Shown piece after piece: positions 18,756-27,136 of a DNA stretch of 64,000 nt. The translations under genes were made by a program, and so were the position numbers. Every line of letters begins with the position of its first letter. Within the stretch, counting starts at the first letter, position 1. The notes beneath the pieces are model-generated. The model saw only the letters and a list, made by a program, of their open reading frames with translations. It was not told the origin of the DNA and made no database searches. Source of the DNA: an uncultured bacterium (lineage in GTDB: Bacteria > Actinomycetota > Coriobacteriia > Coriobacteriales > Eggerthellaceae); contig CAJMLT010000003.1 in NCBI GenBank assembly GCA_905214325.1, forward strand, positions 382-64,381, written 5' to 3'.

Positions 18756-20033
18756 CTAGCGCGGAGAATGCGGGCCGTAACTGGGCTCGAAGACGGAATC
18801 AGGCAGCGGCTGTCCGGAGTAACAGGAGATGGCCTGACCGTTTAGGCGATCGATGTCGTCTTGGGAATACCCATATTCGCTCATGATGCGCGCCGTATCA
18901 TAGCCGACCGGTTTGCTTTTGTAGAGCACCGGATCCCCCAAACTACCGAACCGTATGGGAGAGGTGGTCAGCACCTTGTCCCCGAATGCGTCATAGGACA
19001 GCGGACGGAGGATGTCATTGGCGTAGGCCTCCTCGTCGGCAAGAATGTCGGCGCTTTTATAGAGACGCTGATAGGGTATCTCCGCTTCTTTGAATATCGC
19101 CTCCCAATGGTCCCACGGCTGCGTGAGGAACTGCTGTTCCATCATCTTGATGACCTCGGTATTACCGCCACCTCCATCATTGATCGCATCGGAGGTGGTA
19201 TAGCGTTCATCACCAAGCAGGGAGGTGAGACCGATGGAAGTCATGACATGTTCGAAATAGATGTCATAGGATCCGAAGCAGATGATGAACCAGATACCAT
19301 CTTTCGAACAGTAGGTGTTGTTCGTCGGACACGTCGCGTTGTATCGGGACTTCGGCCATACATCACCGAATTGGGAAGCGGCCAACATGACCTGCATGGT
19401 CCATAGGGCACAATGGTAGAGATTGACCGTGACCTTGTCCCCCACTCCGCTGCGCTCCTTGCGCACCAGAGCGCCGAGCAGACCGGCCGTCAAGGCTATC
19501 GAGGCGTTCCAGTCCCCTATCGCCGGTGGCCAGTTGATGGGCTGGTAATGCTCGTCGGCCTGCGGCAGAGAGGCGAAATAGCCGCCACGGGCGGCATAGG
19601 AAGTGGTGTCGAAACCCTTCGTATCCCTTTCCGGGCCGTATTCGCCATAGCCCCGCACCTGCCCCCATACGATATGGGGATGACGCTCGTGTACCGATTC
19701 GTAATCGAGCTTCAGCTTCCGAAGCGCACCGTCGCGAAAACTCGTGACCATGATGTCGGCATCCGAAAGCAGACGATCGAGAAGAACCATCCCATCGGGA
19801 TCCTTCAGATTGATGCTGAGGAAGTTCTTATTGAGCGACGCGAGATCGAACGCGGGGTCGTCGATGTCGGTTTTCTGCATACCGAAAGCCGGACCATTCG
19901 TTCGATACTCATCCCCCGTAAAAGGCTCTATCTTGTAAATCGTCGCGCCCATTTCCCCCAACACCCTCAAGCTGGCGGGTGCCGCAACATAACCGGTCAG
20001 TTCGATGACCTTCACACCCTCTAATCCTTTCAT
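18756..20033 (-). CDS. family III CoA-transferase (CaiB/BaiF/HadA/FldA-like)
   Basis: MKGLEGVKVIELTGYVAAPASLRVLGEMGATIYKIEP...GYGEYGP...GFD..SYAARGG matches the CaiB/HadA-type N-terminal and central motifs. The start is set at ATG 20033 with AAGGAGG upstream. The listed longer form would overlap the upstream gene by 109 nt. Confidence 0.85.
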   Translation of the reverse strand: MKGLEGVKVIELTGYVAAPASLRVLGEMGATIYKIEPFTGDEYRTNGPAFGMQKTDIDDPAFDLASLNKNFLSINLKDPDGMVLLDRLLSDADIMVTSFRDGALRKLKLDYESVHERHPHIVWGQVRGYGEYGPERDTKGFDTTSYAARGGYFASLPQADEHYQPINWPPAIGDWNASIALTAGLLGALVRKERSGVGDKVTVNLYHCALWTMQVMLAASQFGDVWPKSRYNATCPTNNTYCSKDGIWFIICFGSYDIYFEHVMTSIGLTSLLGDERYTTSDAINDGGGGNTEVIKMMEQQFLTQPWDHWEAIFKEAEIPYQRLYKSADILADEEAYANDILRPLSYDAFGDKVLTTSPIRFGSLGDPVLYKSKPVGYDTARIMSEYGYSQDDIDRLNGQAISCYSGQPLPDSVFEPSYGPHSPR

Positions 20034-20068
20034 AACCCCTCCTTGTGTCGTGTCCCCATCACCGTTTT

Positions 20069-20866
20069 CTATCTGCCGCTCCAGACAGGCTTGCGCTTTT
20101 CCTTGAACGCGGTCGTTCCTTCCTGAGCATCGGCCGAAGCTTTCGCACGCTCGTTCAGCTCTTCCATCATGCGCCATCCACTTGACTCGGAAAGAAAGCT
20201 CTTATCCATACAGTCATAGATCGCACGCTTGGTCATACGAACGGCAAGCGGCCCGTTATCCATGATGGAACGAGCGAGGTCCATAGCGGCATCGAGCAGA
20301 TCCTCTTCGGCGACGACATGGTTGACGAGCCCCCAGGCGAGCGCCGTGTCGGCATCGATGGGCTTACCCGTCAGCAACAGTTCGACGGCATGCTTGAGAT
20401 GAATGGAGCGCCCGATACGCAACGGAGCGCCACCTCCGCCGGGAAACAGAGCGTTCTTCACTTCGGGAAAGGAAACGGACCCATCGCTTGAAAGAAGAGC
20501 CAGATCGCTTGCGAGAAGCATCTCGGCACCTCCCCCGACCACCTTACCGTTGGCGGCGAGAATGATGGGCTTATCCCAATAACGCCGCGTCATGCCGCCC
20601 GTACCCCAACTCTCCCTCCCGACGGGAGGATTGAGGGTATGGGTGTTGTATTCCTTGAGATCGGCTCCGGCGCAAAACACTTTCCCGGTGTTAGTGATGA
20701 TGGCGACGGACAGATCATCGCTACGGTCGAAATGGAAGAATGCGTCGCACAATTCCGCCCACATCGCCGAATTGATGGCATTACGTGCCTGAGGACGATC
20801 GAGGGTTATGATGAAGATGCCCTCCCTATCCTCGGTTTTTATGAATTCGAATTCTCTTTCCGACAT
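20069..20866 (-). CDS. enoyl-CoA hydratase/isomerase (crotonase) family protein, CaiD-like
   Basis: 265 aa with the crotonase fold signature ITLDRPQARNAI...FCAGADLKE...ANGKVVGGGAEM and a C-terminal EGTTAFKEKRKPVWSGR. Confidence 0.88.
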   Translation of the reverse strand: MSEREFEFIKTEDREGIFIITLDRPQARNAINSAMWAELCDAFFHFDRSDDLSVAIITNTGKVFCAGADLKEYNTHTLNPPVGRESWGTGGMTRRYWDKPIILAANGKVVGGGAEMLLASDLALLSSDGSVSFPEVKNALFPGGGGAPLRIGRSIHLKHAVELLLTGKPIDADTALAWGLVNHVVAEEDLLDAAMDLARSIMDNGPLAVRMTKRAIYDCMDKSFLSESSGWRMMEELNERAKASADAQEGTTAFKEKRKPVWSGR

Positions 20867-20892
20867 CCTTGATTCCTTCCCTTAAAAATTTG

Positions 20893-20944
20893 ACACTTCC
20901 TGATTCCTGCACAATTTTCGCGCGTCCCTTGTTACACTTCCTGA
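20893..20944. repeat. direct repeat T(G/T)ACACTTCCTGA x2 in the divergent lysR / crotonase promoter region
   Basis: ACACTTCCTGA occurs at 20893..20903 and again at 20934..20944, with starts 41 bp apart, inside the 94-bp divergent spacer. Confidence 0.7.
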
Positions 20945-20960
20945 AAAGTAAGGAGTCGCT

Positions 20961-21854
20961 ATGAACCTCTCTCACCTTTACTATTTCAAAACCCTGGCGG
21001 AGACGAAGAACTATCAGAAAACCGCCCAGGCCGTCTCCGTATCGCAACCCACGCTCTCGCTTGCCATCAGTGGCTTGGAGAAAGAACTCGCCGTTCCCCT
21101 GTTCGTGAGGAAAAAGGGTTCGGTAGAACTTACCGATGACGGAAGAGCGTTCTATCAATACGTCTCCACGTCCCTTCGCTTCCTCGATAAAGGCCTCGAT
21201 CTCATGAAGGAGCGATCGGGTAACACCAAGCGCGTCATCAACATCGGTACCATCTATTCGGCGCAAAGCACGGACTGGTCACAGCTCATCTATGACTTCC
21301 GTCGCCAAATGCACGGCGACGTCCAAATCAACATCAAGCAATCCACTACACCCGACCTTCTGCGCAAGATCAAAAACGCCACGATCGATGTTGCCTTCGC
21401 CGGAACGATGGGTCCCGATCCCGACCTCGTATTCCATCCCTGCTGGACCCAGGAGGCGACCCTGGTAGTCAATCGACTTCATCCCTTCAGCGACAGGGAA
21501 TGGATTTCCCTTGACGATTTGCGTGGGCACTATGTGATCTCCTATGACCTCAGAGGTCCCCTCGGTCCCGAGCTGACCGATTTGGTGGGACATCACAACC
21601 TCTCCATCGACTACAACTACGCCGATGAGATAACCCTCGCCTCCATCGTGGCCGCCAACCCCGACATCATGGCCATCGCCTGTCATTCCTGGCTGCTGAA
21701 TTCCTACGACGAAGAGATACGAACCGTCAAAATCGCCGAAGCGCCTTCTGTTTTTCGGCAGCTTTTCACGATCTATCGATCCGATGTCAAGCACCCCTAC
21801 ATAGTCAACGAATTCATCAAACTCGCCCGTTCGCTTTATCCGGATCAGGAATAA
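20961..21854 (+). CDS. LysR-family transcriptional regulator
   Basis: 297 aa with an N-terminal wHTH MNLSHLYYFKTLAETKNYQKTAQAVSVSQPTLSLAISGLEKEL. AAGGAG lies upstream. It is divergent from the crotonase/CoA-transferase pair. Confidence 0.92.
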   Translation: MNLSHLYYFKTLAETKNYQKTAQAVSVSQPTLSLAISGLEKELAVPLFVRKKGSVELTDDGRAFYQYVSTSLRFLDKGLDLMKERSGNTKRVINIGTIYSAQSTDWSQLIYDFRRQMHGDVQINIKQSTTPDLLRKIKNATIDVAFAGTMGPDPDLVFHPCWTQEATLVVNRLHPFSDREWISLDDLRGHYVISYDLRGPLGPELTDLVGHHNLSIDYNYADEITLASIVAANPDIMAIACHSWLLNSYDEEIRTVKIAEAPSVFRQLFTIYRSDVKHPYIVNEFIKLARSLYPDQE

Positions 21855-22226
21855 TCGTCTCGGCGGAGAAAAACGCTCCCGACCCGAATCGACACCGTTG
21901 GTGCACCCTCCCTTCCGCGTCGCCTCCGTGGATCGAACCTGCCCCTCCACCAAAGGCGCTGATGAATCGGCGCGACAAGGATAAGACAGGAAACCTATCC
22001 TCTTTTTATCCTTCTTCCGAAGAATTGGAAAATTGTTTCTTTTGAACTCCGAGGGGACTTTTTTGTTTTTCCAAAAACCAAGGGGGGCAGCAGTATCCAT
22101 ATGGTCATTCGTCGCTTTTTGGGGGGAATATATCTCGAAAAACGACCGTATGGAATCTTGACATTCGCCATGGTCTGTCTTGGGTATCGATACAATGAGA
22201 GGAGCTGCAAGACCTTGCTTGGCCTC

Positions 22227-22253
22227 CTTCGGGAAAGCTATACTTTTCCGAAG
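22227..22253 (+). promoter_or_regulatory. 5'-UTR hairpin upstream of the gamma-CA-like gene
   Basis: CTTCGGGAAA-GCTATAC-TTTTCCGAAG (10-bp stem with one G-U), 34 nt upstream of ATG 22287, with no U-tract after it. Confidence 0.35.
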
Positions 22254-22286
22254 TGGCCCGAACACGAAAAAGGAAGTGTCCGATTC

Positions 22287-22859
22287 ATGAAACTCAACGA
22301 CGTCCGTCTTCACCCCGAATGCTACCTCGCCCCCAACTGCACCGTCATCGGAAGCGTTTCCGTAGGGCGATATTCCTCCCTGTTCCCCGGTGTAGCCATT
22401 CGTGCCGATCGCGATCGCGTCGTCATCGGCAGCAACACCAATGTTCAGGAAAATGCCATCATCCATGTCGAAGAGGGATTCCCCTGCATGATCGGCGACA
22501 ACGTAACCATAGGACACGGAGCCATCGTCCACGCCTGCACCGTCAAAAACAACAGCATAGTGGGAATGGGGTCGATCGTCATGGACGGTGCCGTGGTGGG
22601 AGAAAACTGCCTCATAGGATCGGGGGCTGTGATTTCCAAAGGGGTTGTGATCCCCGACAACTCGGTGGTCATGGGGCTGCCGGGCAAGGTCAAAAGAACG
22701 ATAAGCGACGAAGAGATCGCCTATAACAGGGAGTCGGCCGATATGTATGCCGAAAACGCCCGACAACTCGTAGCTGCGGGGTTTTTCTTCACCGGCGACA
22801 CGCTCCCTCGGGATATCCGAACCATCACACGTGCGCAGGCGTGTCCATCTGCAGAATGA
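22287..22859 (+). CDS. gamma carbonic anhydrase-like / left-handed beta-helix hexapeptide protein (YrdA/PaaY/CaiE family)
   Basis: Hexapeptide repeats (VIGSVSVGRYSSLFPGVAIRAD...VIGSNTNVQENAIIH...MIGDNVTIGHGAIVH). The start is set at ATG 22287 (MKLNDVRLHP). Upstream residues of the listed ORF lie in AT-rich non-coding-looking sequence. Confidence 0.85.
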   Translation: MKLNDVRLHPECYLAPNCTVIGSVSVGRYSSLFPGVAIRADRDRVVIGSNTNVQENAIIHVEEGFPCMIGDNVTIGHGAIVHACTVKNNSIVGMGSIVMDGAVVGENCLIGSGAVISKGVVIPDNSVVMGLPGKVKRTISDEEIAYNRESADMYAENARQLVAAGFFFTGDTLPRDIRTITRAQACPSAE

Positions 22860-23676
22860 AGGCGTTCATGAGACGGGCGAAATTCCCCTCGACACCTTGA
22901 GCGACCTCCATGACTTCTTCCGAAGTGGGGTCTCCCCCTTCCACGCCACAGGCCATATTGGAAACGAGTGAAAGACCGACGACACGCATACCCACATGCC
23001 GTGCGGCGATGACCTCTTCGACCAAACTCATGGCCACCGTGTCGGCACCCCAGTGTGCGAACATGCGGATCTCGGCGGGGGTTTCGAAGCTCGGGCCGAG
23101 GAGGCCCAGATATACCCCCTCATGCACCAGAACCCCTTCTTCGGCGGCGACGCGCATCAGAGACGCACGGAGAGTCGAATCGTAGGCATCCATCATGGGA
23201 ACGAAACGCTCCGCCATATAGTGAGGCTCCAAACCGACGATGGGGTTGCGCCCGGTGAAGTTGATGTGATCCACCATCGCGCAGAAACTACCCACCAGAT
23301 AGGAAGGGTTGATGGCACCGGCGGCGTTGGTGGTGATGAGGGTATCGATGCCGGCAGCCTGCATGACCCATACGGGGAAGGCGACCTCCTGAGCCGTATT
23401 CCCTTCGTAGCCGTGAAGGCGCCCCTGCATGCAGAGCACCCAGACATCGCTTCCCGGTACTCGACCGAGGACGAAACGACCCCGATGCCCTTCGGCGGTC
23501 GACACCTTCAAATGGGGAACTTCGCCGTAGGGAAGAACCTGCGTCTGCTCAAGGGTGTCGGCATAGGGATTGAGACCGCTTCCCAGAATCAGAGCGCAAA
23601 CGGGCTTCCTTCCACCAAGAAACGAGACCAGAGCCTCTTTCGCTTCGGCAATGTGATTACGCAGGGGTGCTTCCAT
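22825..23676 (-). CDS. punA: purine nucleoside phosphorylase (PunA/PNP family)
   Basis: Motifs ALILGSGL, STAEGHRGRFVLG, CMQGRLHGYEG. The start is ATG 23676, with GAGGAGG upstream. The 3' end overlaps the convergent gene by 35 nt. Confidence 0.87.
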   Translation of the reverse strand: MEAPLRNHIAEAKEALVSFLGGRKPVCALILGSGLNPYADTLEQTQVLPYGEVPHLKVSTAEGHRGRFVLGRVPGSDVWVLCMQGRLHGYEGNTAQEVAFPVWVMQAAGIDTLITTNAAGAINPSYLVGSFCAMVDHINFTGRNPIVGLEPHYMAERFVPMMDAYDSTLRASLMRVAAEEGVLVHEGVYLGLLGPSFETPAEIRMFAHWGADTVAMSLVEEVIAARHVGMRVVGLSLVSNMACGVEGGDPTSEEVMEVAQGVEGNFARLMNAFILQMDTPAHV

Positions 23677-24619
23677 GGTATTCCTCCTCAAAGGGTATGC
23701 GGGCAATGAGAACACGATCGCGACCGGCGAGATCGGATGCGATGCGGACGCGATCGAATCCCGCTTTTCGGGCAAGGGCGGCAGCTTCGATGAGCGATTC
23801 TTCGAAAAGTTCCACCGCCAAAACACCATCGGGCTTCAGATATCGTGGAGCCCTATCGATGATGCACCTGAAAAACGACAGCCCATCGTCTCCCCCATCG
23901 AGGGCGAGAGCGGGTTCGAAATCAAGAACTTCGGCTTCCAAGGTTGTGACGAGGGCATGGGGGATGTAGGGAGGGTTGGATATGATGAGGTCGAATGTTC
24001 CTTCGTCGCTTTCGTCAAGCGCCGAGAAAAGATCGCTCTTCACCACGCTCACCCGCTCATCCAGCCCGAGTTCGACGACGTTTTCGCTTGCCAAAGCACA
24101 TGCCTCGTCCGAAACGTCGAGCGCGAGAACCTCCATGGCACGATACTCGGATGCAAGCGCACAGGCGATGCAGCCGGAACCCGTGCAAAGATCGAGAGCC
24201 CGGAGCATCTCGGGGTCGGAGGGGGACAGCAATTCCCCGTCATCTGAGGAGAGCATATGGTCAACCGTCGTGGAAAGATCGAGTTCGCCGAGCGCCTCAC
24301 TCACGAGAACCTCGGTCTCCGGACGTGGGATCAAAACACCCTGTCTCACCGACAGGGAAAGATAACGGAAAGGAGCTTTCCCGCAGATCAGCTGCAGAGG
24401 TTCGCCCTGAGCACGACGGCGCACCCAACCACGGAGAACATCGCGTTCGTCCCGCGACAGGGGACGATCGAAATTGACGTAGAGATCGATACGGGAAAGA
24501 TGGGTGGCTTCGCTGAGAAGCCACTGTGCCGACAGGCGGGGAGATTCGTCCCCGTTGCGCTCAAGATACCCTTCGGTCCAGTCGAGGGTTTCCCGTATGG
24601 TCCATATATCGTCGGTCAC
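23657..24619 (-). CDS. prmC: peptide chain release factor N5-glutamine methyltransferase
   Basis: SAM motif DLCTGSGCIA and catalytic NPPY (ISNPPYIP). It lies directly downstream of prfA. Confidence 0.9.
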   Translation of the reverse strand: MTDDIWTIRETLDWTEGYLERNGDESPRLSAQWLLSEATHLSRIDLYVNFDRPLSRDERDVLRGWVRRRAQGEPLQLICGKAPFRYLSLSVRQGVLIPRPETEVLVSEALGELDLSTTVDHMLSSDDGELLSPSDPEMLRALDLCTGSGCIACALASEYRAMEVLALDVSDEACALASENVVELGLDERVSVVKSDLFSALDESDEGTFDLIISNPPYIPHALVTTLEAEVLDFEPALALDGGDDGLSFFRCIIDRAPRYLKPDGVLAVELFEESLIEAAALARKAGFDRVRIASDLAGRDRVLIARIPFEEEYHGSTPA

Positions 24620-24632
24620 GAGTGCGCAATCC

Positions 24633-25700
24633 CTAGAGGGCGGATTCGAGTTTCTGGGCGCGACTGGCCGCTTGCAGAGCCGTAATCAATTCGCCGAGGC
24701 CGTTGCCCCCGGCACCAAGCAGGATGCCGTTATACGTACCGTTGTAGCCGATGCGGTGATCGGTGACGCGATCCTGGGGACCGTTGTACGTACGGATCTT
24801 CTCGGAGCGGTCGCCGGTACCGATCTGGCTGCGCCGCTGCGCCCCTTCGGCCGCCTGCTGCTCGGCGAGCATCTTTTCGTAAAGACGGGCACGCAGAACG
24901 CTCATTGCGGCGATCTTGTTCTGCAACTGTGATTTCTGATCCTGGGATTGAACGACCAAACCCGTAGGCAGATGGGTGATACGCACCGCCGAGTCGGTCG
25001 TATTGACGCATTGTCCGCCGGGGCCGCCCGCACGATACACATCGATACGCAGGTCGTTTTGATTGATATCGACCTCGACTTCATCGGCTTCGGGAAGAAC
25101 GGCGACCGTCGCCGTGGAAGTATGGATACGTCCCTGGCTTTCGGTCTTGGGCACACGCTGGACGCGATGAACCCCGCTTTCGAATTTCATGACCGAATAG
25201 ACTTTATCGCCGAGTACCTTGAACTGGATTTCCTTATAGCCCCCTGCTTCAGAGGGATGCACGTCCATGGTTTCACACTTCCATCCCTGTTCGGCGGCGA
25301 AACGTGTGTACATAGCATAGAGATCACCGGCGAATATGGCGGCTTCGTCGCCACCTGCTCCGGCGCGGATCTCGACGATGATGTCTTTCTCGTCGGCGGG
25401 ATCAACCGGGATGAGCATGAATTTGATGTCTTCTTCCAAGGCGGGAATACGCGCCTCTATCGAAGCTATCTCCTCCTGGGCGAATTCCTTCATATCGTTA
25501 TCGGAGAGCATCTCCTTAGCGGCAGCCAGATCATCGAGCGCACGGATGTATTCCTTTGATTTAGCCACAAGCGGCCCCTGGTCGGAATAGCTTTTCGCAT
25601 ACTTGTTGTATTCGCTCTGATTCGCAACGACATTCGGATCTCCCAGCTTCGCTTCGAGATCCTTATATGCCTTGATGATTTTTTCGAGTTTCTCTCGCAT
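24633..25700 (-). CDS. prfA: peptide chain release factor 1
   Basis: 355 aa with the GGQ motif ([25 protein letters not shown]) and an RF1-type layout. Confidence 0.97.
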   Translation of the reverse strand: MREKLEKIIKAYKDLEAKLGDPNVVANQSEYNKYAKSYSDQGPLVAKSKEYIRALDDLAAAKEMLSDNDMKEFAQEEIASIEARIPALEEDIKFMLIPVDPADEKDIIVEIRAGAGGDEAAIFAGDLYAMYTRFAAEQGWKCETMDVHPSEAGGYKEIQFKVLGDKVYSVMKFESGVHRVQRVPKTESQGRIHTSTATVAVLPEADEVEVDINQNDLRIDVYRAGGPGGQCVNTTDSAVRITHLPTGLVVQSQDQKSQLQNKIAAMSVLRARLYEKMLAEQQAAEGAQRRSQIGTGDRSEKIRTYNGPQDRVTDHRIGYNGTYNGILLGAGGNGLGELITALQAASRAQKLESAL

Positions 25701-25735
25701 GATCTTCCTTCATGGGTCGATAAGGTGATGACGAA

Positions 25736-25764
25736 CGATAAGCTCCGACGAACGGAGCTTATCG
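25736..25764 (-). terminator. hairpin terminator candidate after trxB (no U-tract)
   Basis: Perfect 12-bp stem CGATAAGCTCCG/CGGAGCTTATCG with loop ACGAA (UUCGU on the minus strand). Confidence 0.5.
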
Positions 25765-25787
25765 ATTACCCGTAAGAAGGTATCTTA

Positions 25788-26699
25788 TCACGAAGCAAGG
25801 AACTTGGCAGCAGCCTCCGCAGCAATAGCACCATCGGAGGTAGCCGTCACCACCTGACGCAACAAAGTGGTTCTCACGTCTCCCGCCACGAAAATTCCGG
25901 GAGTGGATGTTTCCGTATCATCGGAAGCGACCACGTATCCCCGCTCGTCACGCTCGACGATGCCGGAGAGCCAGTCGGTATCGGGGGTGGATCCTATGGC
26001 CACGAACAACCCCGCACAGGAAATGTCTTCGCGTTCATGCGTGAAAACATCCTCCACGCTCACCGAAGCAAGCCTACCCCCTTCGTCGGTGAGGGCGACG
26101 GGGACGGAATTCCAATGAATAGTGACGTTGGGCAAAGACGCCACCTTCTGCGCATACCAATAATGGGCACGCAAGGTGTCGCGACGATGGACGAGATGCA
26201 CCTGAGAACAGATACGGGAAAGATAGAGGCAATCGGCACACGCCGTATCACCGCCACCCACCACCACAACATCACGACCCGCGAAGAAATTACCGTCACA
26301 GGTGGCGCAATACGAAACCCCGCGACCTTCCAAGGATTGCGTGTCCACGTTCGGCAGTTTACGGGGTTTCGCCCCCGTTGCCACGATGACGCTTCGGGCT
26401 TCATGAGTGGAAGCGGAGGTGGATAGGGTAAAACCCTCATCACCCGATACGATCGAGAGCACCTTTTCCGATAGAACGCGGGCACCGAAACGACGCGCCT
26501 GCTCGCTCATGGAAAAGGCGATATCGAACCCATTCACCCCTTCGCTGAATCCGGGATAATTCTCCAAGGTGTCGATCGAGGTCAGCTGCCCACCAACCGT
26601 AAGCTCTTCGAAAACAACGGTATCGAGTCCCGCACGCGCGGCGTAGATGGCCGCCGAAAGACCGGCGGGGCCGGCTCCTATGATGGCAACGTCTATCAT
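25788..26699 (-). CDS. trxB: thioredoxin-disulfide reductase
   Basis: FAD motif IIGAGPAGLSAA, redox centre CATCDG, 303 aa. Confidence 0.94.
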   Translation of the reverse strand: MIDVAIIGAGPAGLSAAIYAARAGLDTVVFEELTVGGQLTSIDTLENYPGFSEGVNGFDIAFSMSEQARRFGARVLSEKVLSIVSGDEGFTLSTSASTHEARSVIVATGAKPRKLPNVDTQSLEGRGVSYCATCDGNFFAGRDVVVVGGGDTACADCLYLSRICSQVHLVHRRDTLRAHYWYAQKVASLPNVTIHWNSVPVALTDEGGRLASVSVEDVFTHEREDISCAGLFVAIGSTPDTDWLSGIVERDERGYVVASDDTETSTPGIFVAGDVRTTLLRQVVTATSDGAIAAEAAAKFLAS

Positions 26700-26715
26700 G
26701 ATCGTCTCATTTCGA

Positions 26716-27024
26716 TCACGACAGAGCGTCGAGCAGAACCTGCTTGGATTGCACGCCGATGAACTGCTTGACGGGTTCGCCCGCCTTGAAGACGATCAGC
26801 GTAGGAACACTCATGACGTTGAACTGCTGAGCCAAAGCCGTTTCGCGGTCGATGTCGACCTTGTATACCTTGGCCTTATCCGCCACCTCCGTGGAAAGCT
26901 CATCCAGAATGGGAGCCATCATCTTACAGGGACCACACCAGGTGGCGAAGAAATCGACCAATACGGGCAGCGAGGAATCGAGAACCTTGCTCTGAAACTC
27001 TGCGGAGGAAATCTGCTCACTCAT
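26716..27024 (-). CDS. trxA: thioredoxin
   Basis: 102 aa with a WCGPCK active site. Confidence 0.95.
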   Translation of the reverse strand: MSEQISSAEFQSKVLDSSLPVLVDFFATWCGPCKMMAPILDELSTEVADKAKVYKVDIDRETALAQQFNVMSVPTLIVFKAGEPVKQFIGVQSKQVLLDALS

Positions 27025-27081
27025 TTGACTACTCCCATCACATAGATACTACGTACCTCTCATTGTAGATCACCCAACGCG

Positions 27082-27106
27082 AAGGGGCACCACGAAGGTG
27101 CCCCTT
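27082..27106 (-). terminator. hairpin terminator candidate after thrS (no U-tract)
   Basis: Perfect 10-bp stem AAGGGGCACC/GGTGCCCCTT with loop ACGAA, 30 nt downstream of the thrS stop. Confidence 0.5.
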
Positions 27107-27136
27107 GAAACTCTTTCGTTACTCTTGTCCGTTACC

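Noticed and set aside
18756-20177. Long form (473 aa) of the CoA-transferase ORF
   Set aside because: The first 48 codons overlap the crotonase gene by 109 nt and are Arg/Gly-rich with no family similarity. ATG 20033 has AAGGAGG upstream and begins the conserved MKGLEGVKVIEL N-terminus.
21279-22766. 495-aa minus-strand ORF, one of the longest unannotated ORFs in the track
   Set aside because: It runs antisense across the 3' part of the LysR gene, the AT-rich spacer and almost all of the hexapeptide-protein gene. Both of those have clear family signatures and RBSs on the plus strand. The translation is low-complexity (Gly/Asp/Val/Arg-rich), as expected for the antisense frame of a GC-rich gene.
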